A stretch of DNA of 64,000 nt. It comes from Nitrosopumilus sp. (GTDB lineage: Archaea > Thermoproteota > Nitrososphaeria > Nitrososphaerales > Nitrosopumilaceae). Positions within the stretch are counted from its first letter, which is position 1; every line of letters begins with the position of its first letter. Position numbers and translations under genes: made by a program. The notes below the pieces were generated by a model, which searched no databases, was not told the DNA's origin, and saw only the letters and a list, made by a program, of their open reading frames with translations. Where the stretch lies: contig OZ250186.1 in assembly GCA_965238275.1 (NCBI GenBank), forward strand, positions 2,152,669-2,216,668, written 5' to 3'. Below, in pieces: positions 51,335 through 61,452 of the stretch.

Positions 51335-51910
51335 CTACAGCCCCATCATGTTGATTATTTCATCCGCTACTTCATCAACCTTTCCCTCTGAGTTCAGTAC
51401 ATGCATCACCGGGGAGCCGGTAATTACAGAACATGCAGAGATCATTCCGGACTGGACATCCAGATCCCCCTTGACTGCGGCGATGGTAACACGATCCCTG
51501 TTTCGGCTGGTATCCCTCATCCGCCTGTTGTAGATCTCCTCGGGACGCGCAGAGACTGAGATAAAGTTGGTTGGACGGATGATACTCAGGACCTGCCCCG
51601 GCAGCCCTGGATAGTAGCCTTCCGGCGAGCTGATAAATGCATGGGTGTCGACAAGTATCATGCCCTCATAGGTTGCAATCCGTTGGGCGGCAATATTCTG
51701 AAGGCGTCTCTGCTCGGATATGGGAAGCTTTCTGAGATGATCCCGATCACGCACGCCGTTCTCCTGCCCCACTTCCAGCATCAGCGTTCCAAAGCTTACC
51801 ACGATACAGTCCGGGTTGTTGGCCTTTAGACGCTGGATCATCTTGGAGAGCAGCGTGGTCTTTCCGACTCCGGGAATCCCGGTGATTACTATCCGCTTAT
51901 TTCCTGCCAA
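51335..51910 (-). CDS. adkA: Adenylate kinase (archaeal)
   Basis: GIPGVGKTT, DRDHLRKL, VDTH, GYYPGLP. Confidence 0.92.
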   Translation of the reverse strand: MAGNKRIVITGIPGVGKTTLLSKMIQRLKANNPDCIVVSFGTLMLEVGQENGVRDRDHLRKLPISEQRRLQNIAAQRIATYEGMILVDTHAFISSPEGYYPGLPGQVLSIIRPTNFISVSARPEEIYNRRMRDTSRNRDRVTIAAVKGDLDVQSGMISACSVITGSPVMHVLNSEGKVDEVADEIINMMGL

Positions 51911-53327
51911 GCAGAGCCCCCAAACGCGGCATGACGACTTCGACTTGTTCCCTTACCAGTTGCGTATAGTAGTTAATTAGAATGTCAACCATGAGCAGGA
52001 TTCCGATTCCGGATCCAAACACTCCAAGAACATCAGAGACTCCGGCCAGCAGGCCCAGTATCATCGAACCGATGAGGGTGACAGACGGGATGTACTTGTT
52101 TAATAGCGCCTCAACAGGCTTGTTTGATCTTCGAAATCCCGGAATCTGTACATCGGCATCGAGAAGGTTTTGGGCTGCGCTCTTTGGGGAAAGGCCTCCA
52201 AGCTCCACCCAGAGCTTTCCAAACACCACCACAATCCCAATCATAAATATGACATAGCCTACTGCCCTCATCGGATCCAGGGTGGCCGCCTCCAGGCCCC
52301 TGGGCGGCGTGATAAAGTATATGAGGCCGCCTATCGGGGTGGACGGGCTTGTCGGGTCAAACTGTGCTATGAAATTCATAAAGAAGTTGTTGTTCCGCGG
52401 GTTCGTGTTGGCCCATAACATCTGGAATACGAATACAGCATTTGCCGTAAGGGCAGAGGCCAGGATCACAGGAATGTTGGAGACGTACATCAGCTTGATC
52501 GGGTATACGGCAGAGAACCCCCTGTACTTTGTCGATACGATCGGGATCTCAATCTTCATGCCCTGTGTAAAGACAAGTATCAGCAGGATTCCGGCGGTAA
52601 GACACAGTCCGAAGATGCTCGGCAGCTGGTTTGAACGGAACAGTATGTCTGCGAAGTCGCCGGCTATTATTGATTCGCCGATAAACGGGAATATGCCGAT
52701 CATTCCGCCGTCGCCGGCACGCAACGGGCTGAACAGGCTCCAGAGGATCTGCTGGGCCACGCCTGCCATGATAAACAGGCTGATCCCGCTTCCCAAGCCC
52801 CATCCCTTCTGGATCAGCTCGTCAAGGAACATGATTATGATCGACGCTGCCATCAGCTGCCCGACCATGATATACAGGACAGACGGTTCCGTGATATTAG
52901 GACCGTACACTGCGATTCCGTACACGACTGACTCTACAACGATTATGATGTAGGTTACCAGCTTGGTCGCCGTCTGGAATATGCCTCGCTCCTCGGGCTT
53001 TTTAAAGTCAAACTTGAGGATCTCCGAGCCCCTGAGCAGCTGCATCAGCAGCCCGGCAGTCACGATCGGCCCTATCCCCAGTTCCACGAGGGTGCCCTGC
53101 TGGGATGCAAAGATTACACGCGCAAACTGTAGAAAATCAAATTCGGGCGTGGTTGCGCCAAACAGCGGGGTCTGCCCCATCACCATATAGATGAGCAGGG
53201 CCATTCCACACCAGAGGAGGCGTATTTGGAGAGAGATCTTCTTTTTCGGCTTTGGGACCTGCGGGAGGTAGGGTTCGACCTTGAAGACAATCCTTCGTAG
53301 GATGGTAGTTAAGCTACCTTCAGCCAT
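51897..53327 (-). CDS. secY: Preprotein translocase SecY
   Basis: ELGIGPIVTA, KGWGLGSGISLFI, YVSNIPVIL. Confidence 0.96.
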   Translation of the reverse strand: MAEGSLTTILRRIVFKVEPYLPQVPKPKKKISLQIRLLWCGMALLIYMVMGQTPLFGATTPEFDFLQFARVIFASQQGTLVELGIGPIVTAGLLMQLLRGSEILKFDFKKPEERGIFQTATKLVTYIIIVVESVVYGIAVYGPNITEPSVLYIMVGQLMAASIIIMFLDELIQKGWGLGSGISLFIMAGVAQQILWSLFSPLRAGDGGMIGIFPFIGESIIAGDFADILFRSNQLPSIFGLCLTAGILLILVFTQGMKIEIPIVSTKYRGFSAVYPIKLMYVSNIPVILASALTANAVFVFQMLWANTNPRNNNFFMNFIAQFDPTSPSTPIGGLIYFITPPRGLEAATLDPMRAVGYVIFMIGIVVVFGKLWVELGGLSPKSAAQNLLDADVQIPGFRRSNKPVEALLNKYIPSVTLIGSMILGLLAGVSDVLGVFGSGIGILLMVDILINYYTQLVREQVEVVMPRLGALLGRK

Positions 53328-53745
53328 CGCGGGGCAACACCTCTCCACCAGCTGCCTCTAGTTTTTCTTGTGCGGACTTTGTAAACTGCCGTACCTTGAC
53401 AGAGTAGGGGCTGGACAGGCTTCCGCCGCCAAGGAGCTTGTCGTATCCTGCGCCTTGAAGATCCACTGTTTTTTTGCCCCCTTCCTCGGTACCGAATGCT
53501 GCAAACAGGTCGTCTAGGTCACGAATGCTGGCCCATCTTCGGATGATGTTTGGGTGGGGCGGTTTAGTTGAATCATGGCCGTAATGATCAGGATCATCCT
53601 TCAACATGGTACTGTAATGGTGCTTCATCATGCCGGTAATTCCCAGACCGCCCTGATGTCCGCTTGCACGGTGCTGGCCGACCTGGCCCCATCCCATGTG
53701 CCTGCCTCCCCGGAGCCTTCTGGTCTTTCTCAGTCTTGTTGCCAT
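53320..53745 (-). CDS. rpl15: 50S ribosomal protein L15
   Basis: RRLRGGRHMGWG, KLLGGG. Confidence 0.93.
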   Translation of the reverse strand: MATRLRKTRRLRGGRHMGWGQVGQHRASGHQGGLGITGMMKHHYSTMLKDDPDHYGHDSTKPPHPNIIRRWASIRDLDDLFAAFGTEEGGKKTVDLQGAGYDKLLGGGSLSSPYSVKVRQFTKSAQEKLEAAGGEVLPRDG

Positions 53746-53746
53746 G

Positions 53747-54214
53747 TCAGATCATATTCCTAACAAGCGTGCCCAGTTCCTTGTTCTGTCCCAGTATGCC
53801 CTTTTGTCCGTACAGTTTCTTGGTGCTTCTCTTGAATCCGTATCTTGGGGGTGCCAGGGCAAACCACGGCTTGAGCGGCTTGAGCTTGGACAGGGTCACC
53901 TTTCCCTCGCTCAGGGCAGATGCCAGATCATCAGAACTTGCAAAGCCAAGATCCTTGAGATCCTCTGAAGTGACCTTTTGATAGCCTGACTTTCTTGCCT
54001 TCTTGTCTATGAGTTCCTTTGCCAGGGCAGCGTCAGCATCAAACCACGAGACATAGTGCTTTATCTTGTTTAGCATGCCCAGCGTGTTCTCCTTGGCAGG
54101 CAGTATGGTGGCGCGGTATTTTTTATCGAGCTTGAGCAGGGTCATGGTGCGGACTGCCCAGTACGGAACGTCTGCCTGGCCCTTTATTCTAACAACGAGA
54201 TATGCCTTGACCAT
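53747..54214 (-). CDS. rpl30: 50S ribosomal protein L30
   Basis: VVRIKG, LKPWFALAPPRYG. Confidence 0.92.
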   Translation of the reverse strand: MVKAYLVVRIKGQADVPYWAVRTMTLLKLDKKYRATILPAKENTLGMLNKIKHYVSWFDADAALAKELIDKKARKSGYQKVTSEDLKDLGFASSDDLASALSEGKVTLSKLKPLKPWFALAPPRYGFKRSTKKLYGQKGILGQNKELGTLVRNMI

Positions 54215-54219
54215 TCCCA

Positions 54220-54882
54220 TCAACCCTGACTGAACGTCTGCCTGAGGCAGTTCAGTATAGCCTTTGATGTCGAGTTCATGGTGGGCGTGGAGCCCTTTGC
54301 GGTGGTCCACGCATCCTTTAGTCCTGCCAATTCCAATAATCGCTTTATCTTGCCTCCTGCTACAAGCCCCAGCCCTCTGGGAGCAGGAATTATCTCGATC
54401 GTGACGCTTCCTCCCTTCCCTTTGACCTTGAACGGGACCGAATGCTTTTGATCACACCTGCACTCCCAGCTGCCGCATCCGATCTTGATTGGGCTCACGT
54501 TCAGAAAGGCCTGGCTGGTCGCCTTTTCTATTGCAATTCTCATCTGTTTGGATTTTCCCTGACCGATTCCCAGATATCCTGCCTCGTTTCCCGTTGCGAC
54601 GATCGCCTTGAATCTGGTGGACTGGCCGTTTGAAGTCATCTTTTGGATAATCCCCACGTCAATCACCTCGCTCTTCAGATCGGGAAGTAGTTTTTTGATT
54701 ATTCCGGCCTCTTGGATTCGCAGGCCCGTCTCAATTATCTCCTCAAGGGATGTGATCTCGCCGGATGCGACCTTGTGACCAAGTATGGTCTTTGGTAGCC
54801 AGACCTCTTCCTCAGGCTCCCTTCTGGGTCTTTTGGGACGGTTGCCGCCGCCCCCTCCTCGGTACTGGGATCTCTGACTCAA
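54220..54882 (-). CDS. rps5: 30S ribosomal protein S5
   Basis: WLPKTILG, GCGSWEC, PAPRGLGLVA. Confidence 0.95.
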   Translation of the reverse strand: MSQRSQYRGGGGGNRPKRPRREPEEEVWLPKTILGHKVASGEITSLEEIIETGLRIQEAGIIKKLLPDLKSEVIDVGIIQKMTSNGQSTRFKAIVATGNEAGYLGIGQGKSKQMRIAIEKATSQAFLNVSPIKIGCGSWECRCDQKHSVPFKVKGKGGSVTIEIIPAPRGLGLVAGGKIKRLLELAGLKDAWTTAKGSTPTMNSTSKAILNCLRQTFSQG

Positions 54883-55365
54883 CTATCCAACACCGCCGTC
54901 GATGGTAGATTTAACCTGTAAAACCTCGTTCTTTACAGTCAGGTGATCCCCGTTGATTCTCTCTGTGGGTGGAAACGTCTCTGCGTCGGCAGGCACCTCA
55001 AGGCCTGCGTCAATCACGCCCTTTAGGGCCGCAGCCATTCTCTGGGTGTATCTTCGGGTTCCAGTGTAAAGAATGGCGTTCTTTGCGCCCAAGAGTAGCG
55101 CCTTCTTGCCTGCAAGATACCCTGTCAGGTATGCTGCAGGTATGTTCTTTCTGGAGCCCTTCCATCCCCTCTCCAGCAGGGATCTAGAGTGTGCAGATGC
55201 AATAACCGTGTCACCTGCGATTCCTGGCTTGAGAATCTGGACCTGGGTGTTTTGATTGGTAATGTTTACAGTGATGAAATCGCGCTTGCCCATGAGCATG
55301 GTGCCGCGTTTTTTATAGTTGGTTTTTTGATTTCTGAGTCTTCTCAGTATCTTTGAATAGGTCAT
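54883..55365 (-). CDS. rpl18: 50S ribosomal protein L18
   Basis: KTNYKKR, NIPAAYLTG, GVIDAGLEVP. Confidence 0.94.
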   Translation of the reverse strand: MTYSKILRRLRNQKTNYKKRGTMLMGKRDFITVNITNQNTQVQILKPGIAGDTVIASAHSRSLLERGWKGSRKNIPAAYLTGYLAGKKALLLGAKNAILYTGTRRYTQRMAAALKGVIDAGLEVPADAETFPPTERINGDHLTVKNEVLQVKSTIDGGVG

Positions 55366-55415
55366 CTATAGAAACCGATTTTGAACCAGCTCTTATATAC
55401 GTTAAGCGTCGGTAG

Positions 55416-56769
55416 AACTCTGTTTCCTAATTATCGCCAGTCACACCCAACAGGTTCAGAATTAGGCCAGATCAGTTGAATTTGAACATAATATCAAACA
55501 TCTTCAATAGAAAACCGTATTGATCAGAGAGGTGTGCAGACAGTCAGGTTACCGCCATGACTGAAAACACATCCTCTCCAGACAAAACGGGCACGCATGA
55601 GGCTAAAAAATCTTTCAAATCCAAAGAACGCCGGTTCCAGTACGATGACCGCAGGTACATAGACCGCGGCCAGTTGTGGACGCTCCAGATAAGCCCGGAG
55701 ATCCTGACTCAGGGAGTCGAGAAGCTAAACTGCGGGAAGGTAGGCCGCCCGTACGTATTTTCAAACGCGTGCTTTGCAGCAGCATCCCTGTTCAAAAACG
55801 CCACCGGCATAAGGTACAGGCAGCTCCAGGGTCTGGCAGAGACGATAGTCGGCAAGGAAAACGCGCCCACGTACTCGGCGTTCCAGAAGAGGATGGCCAA
55901 GCTTGGCTGCACTGTTGCAGACAATGATGATGGTAGCGGCACGGCTTCTGCGTGGTTCTCAGACGGCGGCACCCGGGCCGAGATCAAGCTGTTTGCCTTC
56001 GACTCCACTGGACTCAAGCCCACAAACCGCGGCGACTGGATGACAGAAAAGTGGGGGACCGGGCGGGGCTTCATAAAGCTGCATGTCGGGGTGGATGCCA
56101 AAACCAAAAAGATCTACGCCGTGGCCATAACCGACGACAAGTGCGGGGACTCTCCGCAGTTTGAGGAACTGGTGGGGCAGGCCCTTGCAAATGCAAAAAA
56201 ATCACCAAACTCAGACACTTCTGCAGGCACCAAGGCGGCAGCCGACGGCGCGTACGACGCCCAGAAGATCCGCAGGTACTGCGACGAGCAGGGAATCGAG
56301 CCGCTGATTCCCGTCCGCATCGACTTTGCCGGAAAGGCGAACGGGTGCATGCCCCGCAAGGAGGCAGGATTCAGGCAGCTGGGGGACCTGGACTGCATGG
56401 ACAAGACGGCAGAACGCAAGTTTGCAGGCCTCACGCGCGAACAAAAGAGGGAATTCCAGAAGGCGTGGCGCAGGGAGTCAGGGTACAACGACCGGTGGTC
56501 AGTCGAGATTGTATTTTCCACGTTCAAGCGGGTGTTGGGCGAGTGCATAAGCGCGCGCAAGTGGGAGAACGTCAAGGCCGAGATATACGGAAAGGTGCAG
56601 CTGTACAACCAGATGATCGATACTGCAATCGACAACGGGTACGGCACGCCAAGGATCGTGCAAGCCTACAAGCCCGGCCCAAGGACTGCAAGGGAAGGGG
56701 GCAAGACGACGACGTAGGCAGAATTGCACAGACGAGTATCTGTGTCGAGCGTAATTAGGAAACAGAGTT
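55416..56769 (+). mobile_element. IS5-family element
   Basis: 18-bp perfect TIR AACTCTGTTTCCTAATTA; 8-bp TSD GTCGGTAG (55408-55415, 56770-56777). Confidence 0.92.
55557..56717 (+). CDS. IS5-family (IS903-like) transposase
   Basis: GRPYVFS, FDSTGLK, FIKLHVGVD, ADGAYD, GYNDRWSVEIVFS. Confidence 0.9.
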   Translation: MTENTSSPDKTGTHEAKKSFKSKERRFQYDDRRYIDRGQLWTLQISPEILTQGVEKLNCGKVGRPYVFSNACFAAASLFKNATGIRYRQLQGLAETIVGKENAPTYSAFQKRMAKLGCTVADNDDGSGTASAWFSDGGTRAEIKLFAFDSTGLKPTNRGDWMTEKWGTGRGFIKLHVGVDAKTKKIYAVAITDDKCGDSPQFEELVGQALANAKKSPNSDTSAGTKAAADGAYDAQKIRRYCDEQGIEPLIPVRIDFAGKANGCMPRKEAGFRQLGDLDCMDKTAERKFAGLTREQKREFQKAWRRESGYNDRWSVEIVFSTFKRVLGECISARKWENVKAEIYGKVQLYNQMIDTAIDNGYGTPRIVQAYKPGPRTAREGGKTTT

Positions 56770-56825
56770 GTCGGTAGCGATGCCGATTTCATGCAGGAAG
56801 CATGCCATTGGATCTGAACCGGCCT

Positions 56826-57746
56826 TCAACTCCCTGCCCCCAACATGGAACAGAGCAGGGCATTCTGTGTATGAAGGCGGTTCTCGGCCTCATCCCATAC
56901 TGCCGACTGCGGGCCGTCAATCACCTCAGATGTCACCTCCTGTCCCCTCTTGGCAGGAAGGCAGTGCATGAAGATTGCATCGGGTTCTGCCGAATCCATC
57001 AGTCTGGAGTCTACCTGATACTTGGGAAAGAATTTTTTGATTCGCTCAGAATCACGGTTGTGGATGGATGACCACGTGTCGGTTACAACGACATCGGCAT
57101 CCCGGACTGCGGCAAACGGGTCACAGGTGAGCGTGATATCGGTGGATTTTGCAGATTCGGCCACAACCGACTGGCTGGGCTCGAACCCCTGCGGGGTTGC
57201 AATGGACATAGAGATTCCAGACAGCGCGGCTCCGTAAATCATGGAGTTGCAGACATTGCTGCCATCGCCAATCCAGGCAATCTTCAGTCCCTTGAGCTTC
57301 TTCTTTCTCTCCATAATGGTCATAAGGTCAGCCAGGATTTGGCATGGATGGAAGGAATCAGACAGTCCGTTGATTACTGGAATCTCTGCATTCTCAGACA
57401 GCGTTTTGATCTGCTCGTGCTCATAAACGCGTGCCATGATGCAGTCGGCATATCGTGAAATGGTCCTGGCAGTGTCCTCGACGGATTCGCCGCGGGACAG
57501 CTGCATCTCGCCTAGCGAGAGGTTTATTGCATGTCCGCCCAGATGATACATTCCTGTTTCAAAGCTTATGCGTGTTCTAGTAGAGGGCTTTTGAAAGATC
57601 ATGGCCAGTGTCTTGCCCTTTAGGACCGGCTTGAGCCGGCCGTCCTTCAGTTCTTTCTTAATCCGGATGGAATGTGCCAGTAGCGATGAAAGCTCCTCGG
57701 GGGTCAGTTCTGCCAGAGTAAGCAGATCCTTTGTTTTGAGATTCAT
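56826..57746 (-). CDS. argF: Ornithine carbamoyltransferase
   Basis: STRTR, HPCQ, HCLP, AENR. Confidence 0.95.
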   Translation of the reverse strand: MNLKTKDLLTLAELTPEELSSLLAHSIRIKKELKDGRLKPVLKGKTLAMIFQKPSTRTRISFETGMYHLGGHAINLSLGEMQLSRGESVEDTARTISRYADCIMARVYEHEQIKTLSENAEIPVINGLSDSFHPCQILADLMTIMERKKKLKGLKIAWIGDGSNVCNSMIYGAALSGISMSIATPQGFEPSQSVVAESAKSTDITLTCDPFAAVRDADVVVTDTWSSIHNRDSERIKKFFPKYQVDSRLMDSAEPDAIFMHCLPAKRGQEVTSEVIDGPQSAVWDEAENRLHTQNALLCSMLGAGS

Positions 57747-59206
57747 TTTTTAAACAACCCAAACATGCCTTGCTTCTTTTTAGATTTTTCCCTCTTGGCG
57801 TCATTTTGTGCAGGATCCTGCGTCTCGTCCCGAATCTGATCGCGTTTTTCATCAATTTGTGATTCTGCAGGATCTGTTCTGCCGTTTTTGATCCATGCGC
57901 GAATACGTCCTGCCAAGATGGCAGCCTCGTCGTCGTTTTCAGGCGGAGGCGTATCAAACAGATCAGAGTAGGATGCAATATCGTCATCAGAAATTCCCAC
58001 AAATGGATCTGCGGGTTCGGGTTGTGGGATTGGTTCTGCTGGCTCGGGCTCGACTGGCTCCGGTTTGACTACTGGCTCAAGGGGTTCCTGTGCGGGATCG
58101 GGTTCGGGTGTGAGATCAGGCGTAACGGCTGGCTCAATGGGTTCCGGCGTGGGTTCGGGTTCGGGTTCTGGCTCAGGTGCGGGTTCGGGTTCGGGTTCGG
58201 GTGTAAGCTCAGGTGTAACGGCTGGCTCAAGCGGTTCTGGCTCAGGCGCGGGTTCAGGTGCAGATTCTGAGTGTGTAGGCGTATCCATCGCAACGTCATC
58301 AATTGAGCCAAAAACAGTCTCTAGAAAAGTTTTCTTGTCAAAGGGTTTTAGATCAGGATACTCTTGGCCCACCCCCACATACATGACAGGTGTTGAAGTG
58401 ACCTTTACAATGGATAACGCGGCACCGCCGCGCGCATCTGCGTCACTCTTGGTCAGAATTGAGCCGTTGAATTTTGTGTGACCGAAGAATTCACGTGCCT
58501 GATTGACAGTATCGTTGCCGGCTAGCGAATCGCCTACAAAGATCTTCATGTCAGGGTTCACGACATTGGTGATTTTTGTAATCTGCTCCATCAGGTTTTT
58601 GTTTGTCTGCATTCTTCCTGCAGTATCAATCAGTACGCAATCAGTCTTGTGTGACTTGGCATACAATACTGCGTCCCTTGCCACAGCTGCAGGATCTGAA
58701 TTGTAATTCTGTGCGACAAGTTTTATGTTAAGGCGATTCGTATGCCCGCGCAGCTGCTCGATCGCACCGGCCCTGAAGGTGTCAGATGCTGCAACAACTA
58801 CTGAGTATTTTGCCTGCTGCAAGAGGTATGCTACTTTGGCCAGGGAGGTGGTCTTTCCAGTACCGTTAATCCCAACAAAGAGAATCAGAAACGGTTGATT
58901 CTGTCTCTTTTTTTCATTGATCTGTTCAAAGAGGTCAATGCATCCGGCAGCGTCAAACAGTTCAGATATGCTGGAGATCAGGCTGTCCTTGACAAATTTT
59001 TCAATACTGCTCTTCTCAATTGACGAGCCTACCAGACTTTTCTTCAGATCCAGTTTTAGTGCGTCAATTACCTCAATGGCCACATCAGATTCCATAAGGG
59101 CTATCTCCAGATCAAACAGGACGTTTTCAATGTCCTTTTCATTGAGTTCCTTTTCACTCAGATTCTTTGCTACGCTGGAAAATGCACCGCGGAGTTTATC
59201 AAACAT
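57743..59206 (-). CDS. ftsY: SRP receptor FtsY with C-terminal Pro/Glu-rich extension
   Basis: [25 protein letters not shown]; (PE)n repeats at ~58020-58270. Confidence 0.94.
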   Translation of the reverse strand: MFDKLRGAFSSVAKNLSEKELNEKDIENVLFDLEIALMESDVAIEVIDALKLDLKKSLVGSSIEKSSIEKFVKDSLISSISELFDAAGCIDLFEQINEKKRQNQPFLILFVGINGTGKTTSLAKVAYLLQQAKYSVVVAASDTFRAGAIEQLRGHTNRLNIKLVAQNYNSDPAAVARDAVLYAKSHKTDCVLIDTAGRMQTNKNLMEQITKITNVVNPDMKIFVGDSLAGNDTVNQAREFFGHTKFNGSILTKSDADARGGAALSIVKVTSTPVMYVGVGQEYPDLKPFDKKTFLETVFGSIDDVAMDTPTHSESAPEPAPEPEPLEPAVTPELTPEPEPEPAPEPEPEPEPTPEPIEPAVTPDLTPEPDPAQEPLEPVVKPEPVEPEPAEPIPQPEPADPFVGISDDDIASYSDLFDTPPPENDDEAAILAGRIRAWIKNGRTDPAESQIDEKRDQIRDETQDPAQNDAKREKSKKKQGMFGLFKK

Positions 59207-59208
59207 GG

Positions 59209-59631
59209 TTATTCAGAGCCAGGCGCGGGTGCCTGCATTAGTTGGTTGATCTGCGCCTTTCCCTGCTCTAGTTGTGAGGCCACATTCTGTTTTGCAGCAA
59301 CAGTCTCCTGTAGCACGACCTCCATCTCCTTGATACGGGCTTCAAGATAGTTTACCGTGGAATCCACGTCCTTTTCCATTGTGATGCCTGCACCAATACT
59401 CAGAACGGTTTTGACATCAGATGAAACCTTTGCCGGAATAAAGACACCCATTCCAATCGGAAGAAGCGCATCAGACTCTGGCTTCTCAGACAGGGATCTG
59501 ACGGATTTGATTGCATTTGCAGCTTCCTGCAACACGTTTAGAAACGTTCTCTCCCTCTGGGTCAGATCCGCAAAATATGTCTCAAGTGCCTGTATCTGTT
59601 GTATCATATGCTGCGCCTGTTCCTCGCTCAT
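59209..59631 (-). CDS. pfdA: Prefoldin alpha subunit
   Basis: [17 protein letters not shown]; upstream of ftsY. Confidence 0.9.
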   Translation of the reverse strand: MSEEQAQHMIQQIQALETYFADLTQRERTFLNVLQEAANAIKSVRSLSEKPESDALLPIGMGVFIPAKVSSDVKTVLSIGAGITMEKDVDSTVNYLEARIKEMEVVLQETVAAKQNVASQLEQGKAQINQLMQAPAPGSE

Positions 59632-59959
59632 TGACAGCAAACCTGTCTTGGATAGTTATAAATCAATGACCGACAATTTGTGTTCCAATGTCTGGACGCT
59701 TGCCCCACCCATACTTGTACATGGCTTGCAAGGTGCCGCCGCCCGCTTGTGCCTGCACAGGACAGGGCAAGGATACGTTTCGAGTGCATAAAGGCTGTCG
59801 TCCAGTAATCCTAGGACTACCCAGCAGACAATCTAAACCGAAAAAGCTGTAGAACATGAATTCAGGCATCCGGTTGAAGACGGACAACGAAAAATACATC
59901 AGGTGTGTCACTCAAAGGCATGCCGCATGTTATTATCAAGTTCTATATAATAATACGAT

Positions 59960-60718
59960 ATGTCCTTAACAATGACTATGACAAAAACAAAAATACCCGA
60001 GATGTACAGTTCTACCAACACGAACAGGATAATAAGTGCAAAAATACCCGTGATGCACCGTTCGGTCGACATGAATGGGATAATTCTAGAATGCGGCCAG
60101 AGATATGCAGACAAACTAGGATACACCATGAGTGAGATTATCGGCACGTCGTTCTTTGCTCACACGCCGGCAAAAACCCGCAAAGATCTGAAAGCGTCGT
60201 TTGCCGCATGGAAGAAGACGGGCAACACAAATGTTGCTAAAAAAATCCAGCTGGAAACAAAGGACGGCAAGGCCATCGACGTAATACTCACAGTAACAAA
60301 CAGACATGAAAATGGTCAGCTAACCGGAAGGGACGCAACCATGTTTGAAGTATCGGACATCAAAGATCTTCAGGATACATACAATGTCGGCGTAAGAAGC
60401 GACTACGAGAATCCCTATGTTATGCGCAGGTCAATAGACTATCAGGGCATAATAGTAGACTGCAATCAGTCGTACTTGGACAATCTTGGCTACACAAAAG
60501 ACGAGGTTGTCGGAATCAGTCTTTACAAGCACACGGCAGCTAGAAGTAAAGGTCTCCTGAAATCAAACATGGAAAACTGGAGAGCAGGATATCGCTACAA
60601 TCCCAAAATATACATGCAAAGAAAGGACGGCAGCGAGTTCCCAGTTGAACTTACCGCTATTGACGAGACAGACAGCGAAGGCAAAATACTCGGTAGAACA
60701 GTATCTCTCAAACTATAG
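59960..60718 (+). CDS. Tandem PAS-domain protein
   Basis: Two repeats: GIILEC...LGYTMSEIIG and GIIVDCN...LGYTKDEVVG...RKDGSEFPV. Confidence 0.85.
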   Translation: MSLTMTMTKTKIPEMYSSTNTNRIISAKIPVMHRSVDMNGIILECGQRYADKLGYTMSEIIGTSFFAHTPAKTRKDLKASFAAWKKTGNTNVAKKIQLETKDGKAIDVILTVTNRHENGQLTGRDATMFEVSDIKDLQDTYNVGVRSDYENPYVMRRSIDYQGIIVDCNQSYLDNLGYTKDEVVGISLYKHTAARSKGLLKSNMENWRAGYRYNPKIYMQRKDGSEFPVELTAIDETDSEGKILGRTVSLKL

Positions 60719-60830
60719 GATACAACACACACTCCATTTTTTTTTATTTATGCTGACCTCGTGGTGGCTGGTGCGCATCCATGTCAATGACAAACAATTT
60801 TAGTGCTGTTTTAGTTTCTGGACGCTTGTC

Positions 60831-61292
60831 CTAGATTTTTGACTTGACAAAATCATGATCATAGCATGTAAGCTCCAACTTGTTGCCGTCAGGATCGTCA
60901 AAATATATCGAGTATGACAAATCATGATCAAGCAGATTTCTCTTCGTAACCCTGTCTTTCAGAAAAAATACTCTCATTCTATTCAAGCGGCCGACAAAAT
61001 CCACGAATTTTTCCCCGGAGGTTCTAAAGGCTACCCGGTTGATAGAGCCGTCGTTGTCTTTTGCGCCATTCATCATGGCAAGGATGACAGATCGGTTAGT
61101 GTTTCCAATAAACAGGGGACCGTTCTTAGACCACATCTCAAGTTCTTCGATTGGATGTAGTCCAAAAACCTCCCCATACCACTCGGCAGCTTTCAGCCTG
61201 TCTGTTACGAACATCTCAATATGATCAACGTCCTCGATTGAAAAATCAGTCAACACCGACAGTCTGGGATTCAGGTTATTATAATTAGCCAT
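60831..61292 (-). CDS. VOC/glyoxalase-family protein
   Basis: DHIEMFV...WYGEVFG, SIYFDDPDGNKLE. Confidence 0.88.
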   Translation of the reverse strand: MANYNNLNPRLSVLTDFSIEDVDHIEMFVTDRLKAAEWYGEVFGLHPIEELEMWSKNGPLFIGNTNRSVILAMMNGAKDNDGSINRVAFRTSGEKFVDFVGRLNRMRVFFLKDRVTKRNLLDHDLSYSIYFDDPDGNKLELTCYDHDFVKSKI

Positions 61293-61452
61293 ATGTGAAG
61301 AAATCAGCAGGAAAGACAGAAGGCATCTCCATCAACCCTCGCAAGGCAATCAAAACCGGCTTGCCCATCTGTTGGATCAAGATGCGACCGGACAGACTAG
61401 TTCGTGAATCAGATACTGTTACAGTAATCCCAGATGTGCCATCTAGCACCTG

